Positions 26,401 to 35,890 of a stretch of DNA of 55,681 bases are shown here, piece after piece (positions within the stretch are counted from its first letter, which is position 1; each line of letters begins with the position of its first letter). The notes beneath the pieces were generated by a model. The model saw nothing but the letters and a program-made list of their open reading frames with translations. It was not told the origin of the DNA and did not search any database. Origin of the DNA: Octopus bimaculoides. Taxonomy: Eukaryota. The stretch lies in contig NC_068986.1 of assembly GCF_001194135.2 (NCBI RefSeq), positions 45,640,682-45,696,362 on the forward strand. The letters are read 5' to 3'. A program made the position numbers and the translations under genes.

Positions 26401-29400
26401 GGACCTTTTTCACTACATGTTGTTCTAAACAATCTCTTGTCAATCATTTTTAATGGGTTTGAGCAGATGATCGTAGATGGAGATGCTGTCCATTAAATTA
26501 TTTCTGCTAAATTATGAAGCACCCGAATATCATAAGAATTCACGAATCCAAGTGTTTTTAATAAAATGCCTTATAACGCTCAGAATCATATGTGGAGTAC
26601 CCCAGTGATGTTGTGTGACTTGGATTACTTTTGATTAATGTTTCGAGTAGGTCATCATCAACGATTGAAAGCTTACCGGAACGCTCACTGTTCTCCAGAG
26701 CAAAGTTTTCACTGCTAAACTTAACAAACGACTTACGAAGAGTTCTCCAGCTATGATGCCATTTCCATAAACTGCACATATTGATTTTGCTGTTTGTGCA
26801 GCGTTTTCTTTTACTTGCTGGAAATAAAAGATCACCAAATGAGGAAAATGTATCTGATTTACCCCTATTTTCACTTTTAACGTAAAAACTTTACAAATAA
26901 ACTATCCACACAGTAATCGTATTGAAAAACGTGCTGAAATGTCACCTTTCAGGTAATATATGTCATATGCTTCTTTTCATGTGAAAAACTAAATCGTATG
27001 CTTAAAGTTCATCAAATGAGATACGGCACGAATATTTGTTCCAACCCAATACTTTATATATACGTTTCTAAGTGTTTTTACGAAGCTAGACTAAACATTT
27101 ACTCTTTCAAACTTCTAACTTATATCTCCATGACACGTCATCTGAGGACATTGACTCCAGTTCGACTTCAATTCGTTGAAATCACAGCGTGTCTTTCAAC
27201 AAAGTTTTCGTGGATATGGTCTTGGACCAGTTGTACAGTTTGCTAGTCCCCGTGCAGGATGTTTTTAGGAGGCACCACTTGTGTGGATGGCCGTTCACTC
27301 GCAATAAGCTCCTCCGTCTTTTGACAGGTTTTGTTTTAAGTCCAGCAAAATGTCTACGAATCTCTGTATTACCTGTTTCATGGTTGGATTGTCGGCAACT
27401 AAAACAGCACCTTTTACATGACTGGCGCGCGTACGAGCGCAGACAGACAGACAAACAGATAGACACACGCGTGCGCGCACGCACATACACAAGTACAGAT
27501 TTAAATGCTGATTACTGATTATTGACAAATATTCAACAACTGAACAGCTGAAAAATGTTAAAATAGCCTTGTTGTTATTGGTTTTGTTCACTCCATCTAA
27601 TGCTTTTTGGTCTTGCAGGTACCAGTTGCAATGGTAATGTACTCAATGAATGTGCGGCTACTTTAAAACGGCTACTTAACAGTACAAGGGAAGAACTATG
27701 CGGGTAAATATAGAAACGTTTCTTTCATATATATTTTTCAAATGACGTTCAGCATAACGAATATAACTTTTAAAAAAGAAGCATTCAGAAAAGGATTGGC
27801 ATATCTTGTTTTATTTATACTACTTTTAATATAATGTTATATCTTAATATTTACGAAGTATGGATCATATAAACTAATGTGGTGTTGTAGAAAACTTTAA
27901 GTGCATTCAGTGCGTCTAGAGCAATCCTACTTGGCGGCGGCAATCTGTCTGTTCTCACTTAATATTCATAGAAATATACAAGAAAATATACAAGGAAATG
28001 TTTGTTTCTTATTCTTTCAAGTTTCTGTATTTGTGAAAAGAAATGGAAGGAGAAGAAACTTTACTTGCTAGTATTTTAACCAAATCATCTGAAATACCAA
28101 ACAAGTTAATTTAAAGTATATAGTAAGAAATAGCATATCATCCCACAAATTTCATAGATGTTTATCTTTTCTTGGACAGAGGCTTGGCAGAATCATTAGA
28201 GCATCCAAATAAAATGCTTTGCATTACTTTTCTGAATCTTTAGGTTTTTATTTCAAATCATGTTGAGGTAAACTTTCCTTTCCATCACCCCAGAGTTGTT
28301 GGTGTACAGTATGGGAAAGACCTCCCGTCACAAAGCTCTCGAGCTATTGCCCATGTTTGTAGTTTTAAAGAACGGGTTGGATGATTTGACGGTTTCACCA
28401 GTCCTCAGTCAAATCGTCCAACCCATGCTAGCATGGAAAGCGGACGTTAAACGATGATGATGATGATGATGATGTTATTAGTATTTTTGTTGCACCGTCT
28501 CGTTAATCAGCCAACTAGCTATCTTTCTGAAATTTTCGCGCCCTTTGGGAATAGTTTCAGAATTTATTGGTAAAATTACATATTTAAAACGGAAGAAAAA
28601 GGAAAATTGCTCCATAACTGGCCTTGGGTATGAAAATCCATTTAGTTCGAGGAAGGTGCTTCGGCACAATTGAGGCAGGGTCCCCAAGTAAAGAATACGT
28701 TAAAGAGAATTCTACCACTACTTTAAAAAGCGATGATCCCAACATACCTAAATCGGTGTGTCTTGTGTAAGTAGACACCTCCTTACTTGTTGCTGCCGTA
28801 TTATATTACATAGAAAATAAAACAAGCAAGTCCACTGACTGGAAATAAAAAATTGGACAAGCACAGAAATGGAATTAATAATTCAGACCGACTATGAAAG
28901 CTGGATCAACCTCTCAACTGGCTTGTAGGTTTTCATAGCAGTTCAGGATGGAAGGTGTGATGCCACATGTGTAGCCATGTAGACAATGTAAAAGCATTCA
29001 GCTCACTGCAAAAAACAGAAAGATAATTCCATTACAACAAATATATCAACAACAAAAACAGCAGCATCAACAACAACAACACAAACAGAAGCAGTACCAA
29101 GAACAGTATTAAGAGTAGAAGCACCAAAAACAACTGTTGTGTATGCACTTGTGCAATACCCAAACACTGCTGACTTGCGAGTTTATGTTGAATACCTGTT
29201 GTTGCATGTAGGAGTTTCCTTGTGAGGATCGTCCCGCGTCTTCCTTTGACCGAAAAGTACATTCAGTGTTTATCTGTCTGGTGAGCAAGAGATGAATGAT
29301 GAGCTAGAATGAAAGGGCTGAAATAGATTTCTTACTCTTTAACCAAGTCATCATCAACTTCTTAAGATCCACTTGTAAAGAGAAGTGAGGGTGGAAAGAA

Positions 29401-32400
29401 GGGTGGAAAGAGAAGTGCTGCCTTCCAGCAAACTTCTTTGAACGGTGGTTGAGATTGGTAAGAATGATTCAATCGAAGAATCTGTTCTGAACACATTTCT
29501 ATAAACTGAGGGAGGAAATGACTAGCAAAAAAGATGTTAACGGTGTCGCTAACATGTGGCGAATGTAAAGAAGGTTAATTTCTCTACTGTTGCAAGAGCT
29601 GAAACATACCTAATATTTCCAAACCAGTGTTGCTAAGACAGTATTCTCTAGCATCCAACAAAAGATCCGAGGGATGCAGAAAGAATTATTTCTAGGTGTA
29701 TTGTTCATTGTTCTGAAGGTCAGAAACCAAATTAAAAAATATCTTAAACGAATTCGGGTCACCAACATTTCGAGGGAAATTTTCGGCACGAATGAGTTGA
29801 GATTTGCGACCAGCGAAGAGAACAGGAGGAACTCTGTAACACTCCTAATGAGTGACCAACTTATTGTCGGCTGGAGAACATTAAAAATAAAGGCGGTCTA
29901 TCTGTCACCAGAAATAAATATCTGCTGGTTATGAACATATTTTAATCTCACTGGCTGCAAAAGCAAATTTGACCTGGTCAAGGGATGGAATTATCGGTCC
30001 AAACTGATCATGAAAGTAAATAGCTCATCTTAAACTTAATCAGTCTATCAGGTGACTTGCACCTTTTCGTGGTGATTGAAAGCAGAAAGACAAGGTGTTA
30101 CCTACTTGGTCAAATAAGCCATCTAAGAATTTTCTACCGATAGCAAAAGAGGGGAGAAGCAAAGCATTCGCCACTACAGCCAATGCCATTACCATTGCAG
30201 TAGTTCCATCAAGAACAAAAACAGCAACAATGTCAACAATAGGAACACCACCACTACTACTAACACCATTAACAACAACAACAACCACAACATTAAAATC
30301 AGCAAACGCAAAAGCAAGAACAAAAACAATGTCAGCCACAATATCAACAACAGAAGCAACCACAAAAATATCATCGATAATCTCATGAGAAGAACAACAG
30401 CAGCGGGAAGAGGAACAACATCGTCAATATCAGCAACAAAATCTGCATACTCCAACAAAATATCACGTTTCTCAGATATGGTCTTCACTGAGGGTGTTGA
30501 AAAAGAAAAAAGAAAAGAAAAGAAAACTGTTTCCATATGAATGGAAAGAAAGAGGAAAAGGACAAACTAAATCTGCCCTCAAAAAATGGTGATTTTAAGG
30601 CAGGAAAATACTCCACATTACAACACCAACAAAAACTCCACCACAACCACCACCAACAACACTGCAGAACCACAATTAACAGGATCTCAAATCAATCTAC
30701 AATCTACATCCGAATCAACAACAGAAACACCGCAATAAAAGGCATAAAGTACACAGCTATAAATACAGGTAACAAAAAAGTAATGGACAACATAATCAAC
30801 ACAAACATTAAACACAATGACTACAGCACATCAACAAATAACATATACGCAAACAAATTCTAAACACAACACAAGAAATTTATAACAAACTAAACACAAA
30901 ATATTTTGACTCTATGGGAAATTTCTGATGTACAATAACAAAACAAATTGCAAAAATTTACTTGTGGAAACAAACTACTATTAAACGGAAGAATGAATTG
31001 CCTGCCCTACAAGAATTTAGGTAGCGGCCACTCACTTTCCTTTTTTATTATAAGCACAACCTTTACAGTTTTCATACTCTAAATTCTTCCTATTTCAAAG
31101 TTTAAAGGATTGAATTTTCTGTTTTTCTTCCCCTTTATTTATAATCCTGGTATCAAACAGACATGATGAATCAATTAGTAAGCAACTTCACATTTCCTTG
31201 TCTATTTTTGTTATATCTGGTCTATTATTTTTTTAGCTTCTTGTTCATTTAAGTAGGAAAGTACCACAAAATCTTATATTTCTCCGACTCCTGCTCTCTT
31301 TCGACTCGACGATTTTACCATGTTTTATTGCTTCAAATCCCTAGTTCTGGTAAAGTTTCCTGTGTAAAATTGTTACAACTTGGTCATCCCTCCATTTCTT
31401 ATACTCTTGCTGTGCCAACTTGAGACATTTTGCAACAATGTGTGCCACTGTCACGTTCCAAACTCCATAGACTCTATACTTTTTTGACACATTCTCTCCA
31501 TATTCATTTTCCCATATGTTGTTTGATTTAATCGCTTGATCCTGGACTGCTTCAATTAGGCCCTCTCTGTCTTTTCTAATTGCCCCTTTTTTTTAACCAA
31601 GCCCACAATTTTGTTTCACATACATCCTCAGCAGTTCTCCAAAATTGATCTTGCAGAGGGATCTCTTCAATCTGTCTAACATGCTCTCTTTGAATTTCAT
31701 TATTCTCCTTTTCTCCTATTCCACACTTGATCACTGGCTCCTTATTCACTGCTTTTAGTAATTTCTCTGTGCTCTGTAAATATTCTAGTTGGCTTTTTCT
31801 TTCCGACTGTACACACTCTTCCACAGCATTTAAACCTCTTTCACCCTGGCCTGTTCGTGTACATTCGGTTGATATCTTTAGGATGGTGGACTCCTTCTGT
31901 ATGTCGTTTTTGGTCCATTCTCCAATTCCAACTCAATATCTGATTAGGGGCACATTTTTTTAATTCACCTTTGACTGTTACAATTTTCTCACTTTCCTTG
32001 TATTCTCACTGATGGTAATTTGTTTCATTTACCCAAATACTTGTAGCACTGTCCTTTCTCAACCGGTTTCTTTGCTTGCCCATTTAGCATATCATTTACC
32101 TGGCTTCCTTCAAATCTTCTTCGTTTCTTCAACTTAGCGCATTTTTCGATTCCAAATTCCAAACCTAGATGATTTGAGAAAATGCGAACAGTAAGTACAA
32201 GACTTTCAAGCTGTTTCTCATTTTTCGCATAAATCATTAAATCACCCATAAAAAGGAAATGATTTATCTGACCATATACTTTTCCCAAATCGTAAGCTAT
32301 TTTGAGCGGTATAGTAATGGAGATAAGCTTTCCCCTTGAAATATTCTGCCTATGATGTTCACCTTAGCAAGCCTTTGTTTTTCTCCAATCAATTCAGTAT

Positions 32401-32901
32401 TCTAATGCTTTATATTTCCATTAACCATTTTCACCATATTTTCTACTACTCTAAACAAGCTAATTTTTTTACTTATCCAACTGAGTGGTACCGTGTCTTA
32501 TGCTGTTTTTGTAATCTAACCATGCTACATTCTGTCCCGTCAATCTGCGTCTCCAATTTCTAATCTTCAATTTATTTTGCTCTACTTCGTTTCCTGCATC
32601 CATTCTGCTCTGATGGAAGTAGATTGTTACTTTCTATGATGAGTATATAGCTTTTCTACCAAAACACCAGTTATAAACTTTCACATTAGCGGTAAACAGG
32701 TTATAGGTCGAAAATTCGATGCCAAGTTCCCTTTCAAGGGATCCTTGAGTCATAACAACGTTCGTCTACTTGTCATCCAGGTAGGGACGGACCATGCTGC
32801 AGGCATTCATTCAGCTGTGCAGTGATACTTTCATGCAGCTATGTAAAATTTTTCAGTCAGTAGCTTTGTACTTCATATCGTCGTCGTCGTCATCATCATC
32901 C

Positions 32902-32946
<45 letters not shown>

Positions 32947-35072
32947 ATATCGTCATGGGGAATTGATTTAAGCATCGGTGGAAGGACTAACAAAATACCT
33001 TTCGATATTTAATCATTTTGTTTAATCCAGAATTGGAATAGCATCAAGCTTGAATTTGCTGTTTTCTTTCAGGCGTTGATGTGAAATAAATAGCAGTCAA
33101 GTACTCGGAGCAATTTGAAACCAAGTGGGCCATATCTAAGGAAATATTGCCATAAAAATTTTCTCCATCTGTTTGTTTGTTTATATCCATTGATGCATCT
33201 AACAAAAATTTTTTAAAATTTTCTCCTAAATGTCCACGCTTCTTTTTAGACTTTTAGTTGGCCCTTGTTTCTTATGTTCTGAGTAGTATAAAACTTTCCC
33301 TTCATTAGTCCAAAGTTACTGTGGTGTTTCAAAAAAATGGGAAGGTGTATATTATATGGATGCATGGACTCCAGGGAAATATGTTTTGTGTATCACTTGT
33401 AATACACAGGACAGACAAAGGGTTATTTGCAGGAGCACGAGGAAAACATTGTGAATATTGTCAACTAAGTTTTACTGCGCATTATATCGATTCAACAATA
33501 TTTTTTTAAATCTCTTCCTAGATATTATAGAGAAGAAGGCAGATGTAATGACAAAGCCAAGTGCAAGATGGAAGAAAAATATATGAAACTTTTTGAATGT
33601 AGTGGTAAGCAGTTCCTTATTTATTCTAAGGCATAACTAAGGCGATTAGCTGTGTGGTTAATGCGAAAATGAGGTGAATTAAATTGTAATGTATGCAATT
33701 TAACATAAAAACATAAAAAGGATCCGATACCGACTCTGCGCATTATCACTTACTAACACGCAAGTTATTACCTCTTCCCTGACACATAAAACCTTTTATG
33801 TATATCCGATCTCTGACATCTAGGTAACATCTATGCTCCATTTATGTATCTCTCAGCTCGATATAAGGGAAAAAGACTTGCAGTTACTCTGACACAAAGG
33901 TTTCCGATTGTTCCTACAACTCTCTGATCTGTTCCAACTACCATTAACTATTCATTTCCTCTCCACTCTCTCGCTCTGTCTCTCTTTAGCATCAAAGACA
34001 TCTTACATTATCGCTTCTAAAGTCATGATCGTCAGTGACTTCAATATTCACAACCTCCCTTGATCTAATCGTTAACCTCACAACGACACTGTTATTACAG
34101 AAGCCGACTCATTTGCCATTCTGAACTTTCTGCAATAATAAGTAGGCTGCGACTTCAAGAGCATTTAGCAGTTATTTCTCGCAGCAGAAACAACTGTGTA
34201 GAGGTTCCTTCATTAGCACGTAACAAAAGCCACAGCATATACTTGCATATTCGACCAGTACACACTCACAAAACATCCTTAATTCCTTTCTCACATTTAA
34301 ATCCAATGTTTACCAAACTATTACCATTCCTGCATCTATCGAGTCATCCAGCTACCACTTCATCAAAGCAACTTACCACATATCCCCGACTTGCACAATA
34401 CCATCATCATCTTCTAAACTCTCTGGCATTTCATCCCTTCGTGTCACCCAACTGGTCGTAGTTCGTCAATTGTGATTATCTAAGTAGCAAATATCCCGTC
34501 ACATCTGTCATACAAAGCTATTGAAGTTCGCAAAAAATAGCCCACCCAACCAATCAGAATTTGATATAAGAAACATATCTATCCACTCTACCAGCGTATT
34601 CAGTGCTATATCAGATAATGTTTACACTGTAAAAAATATTTTAATATCCTTTACAACTCTTATTTTGCAATGCAAGTGAGTATGTATGTATGTATGTATG
34701 TATGTATGTATGCATACTTCCTACACTAAAGAGTACATTGATATATATAAATAAATAATTTATTTATTTAATTAATTTAATCTAATTCAATTCAATCATG
34801 AATTTGCATTTTTTTATATACGAAACGATCGTCTAGATGAATTAAAATTCTCTTATATATTTTAACAACTTGTCTTCTATATTTTTGACAAAATTGATGA
34901 GCTTTATGGGATTTCTTTCCATAAATTTACCACACATCATATATAAGTATTATTTTCATATACGCAAATTTACGCCTGTAAACTACCAGCAAAATATGAA
35001 GAATCAACATTAGAAATCCTTTATGGAAACCTCCAAATTAAAGGACGAATCTACATTCAACCTTTTTACACC

Positions 35073-35126
<54 letters not shown>

Positions 35127-35858
35127 NNNNNNNNNNNNNNNNNNNNNNNNNNNNNNNNNNNNNNNNNNNNNNNNNNNNNNNNNNNNNNNNNNNNNNNNNN
35201 NNNNNNNNNNNNNNNNNNNNNNNNNNNNNNNNNNNNNNNNNNNNNNNNNTATATATATATATATATGTGCATGCGTATAAGAAGGGATGACCACTAAGTG
35301 GACATCTGATATGCTAGAAAAAGATCACCTACGATCTAACCACAGAGAGAAGAATGTACTCCAGAAAAAAAAATCAGCAAACACCAGAACACAAGCGGGC
35401 AAGACAAATGATAATATACAAAATAAAGAATTAATCGTAGACCGGGTTTCGCCATTAACTCTTTTTTACTTACGTAAAAACGTCCGTGGTTCGTCATTAC
35501 GACCGTTCTAATTCAATATAATTTGCAGAACTATCCACGAATTGTCATCATAAACTTTGACGTGTGTACAGTTCTACCGATTACAATTTGTACAGTTTTA
35601 CCGAATACAATTCTTCTGAATTTTCAGATTCTTTTTATATGCTAGGCCACTGGTTTTAAATTGATGCTAATTAAATTAATATTCAATTTATCACCCTCAG
35701 TCTATTAAATATATATATATATATATATATGTATGTATATGTATATGTATATATATGTNNNNNNNNNNNNNNNNNNNNNNNNNNNNNNNNNNNNNNNNNN
35801 NNNNNNNNNNNNNNNNNNNNNNNNNNNNNNNNNNNNNNNNNNNNNNNNNNNNNNNNNN

Positions 35859-35890
<32 letters not shown>

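Noticed and set aside
30040-30863. Thr/Asn/Gln-rich ORFs resembling mucin-like or low-complexity protein (also 29032-29262 and 46304-47061)
   Set aside because: Decayed (CAA)n and (GAT/GGT)n simple repeats without splice or motif support. 46300-47150 might be a LINE N-terminal region, but I could not support that.
34615-34675. Phase 1-to-2 segment [20 protein letters not shown] ending TGC AA|gtgagt
   Set aside because: Poor acceptor, Tyr instead of Cys at residue 4, hydrophobic composition unlike A exons, and no partner B exon before the terminal exon.
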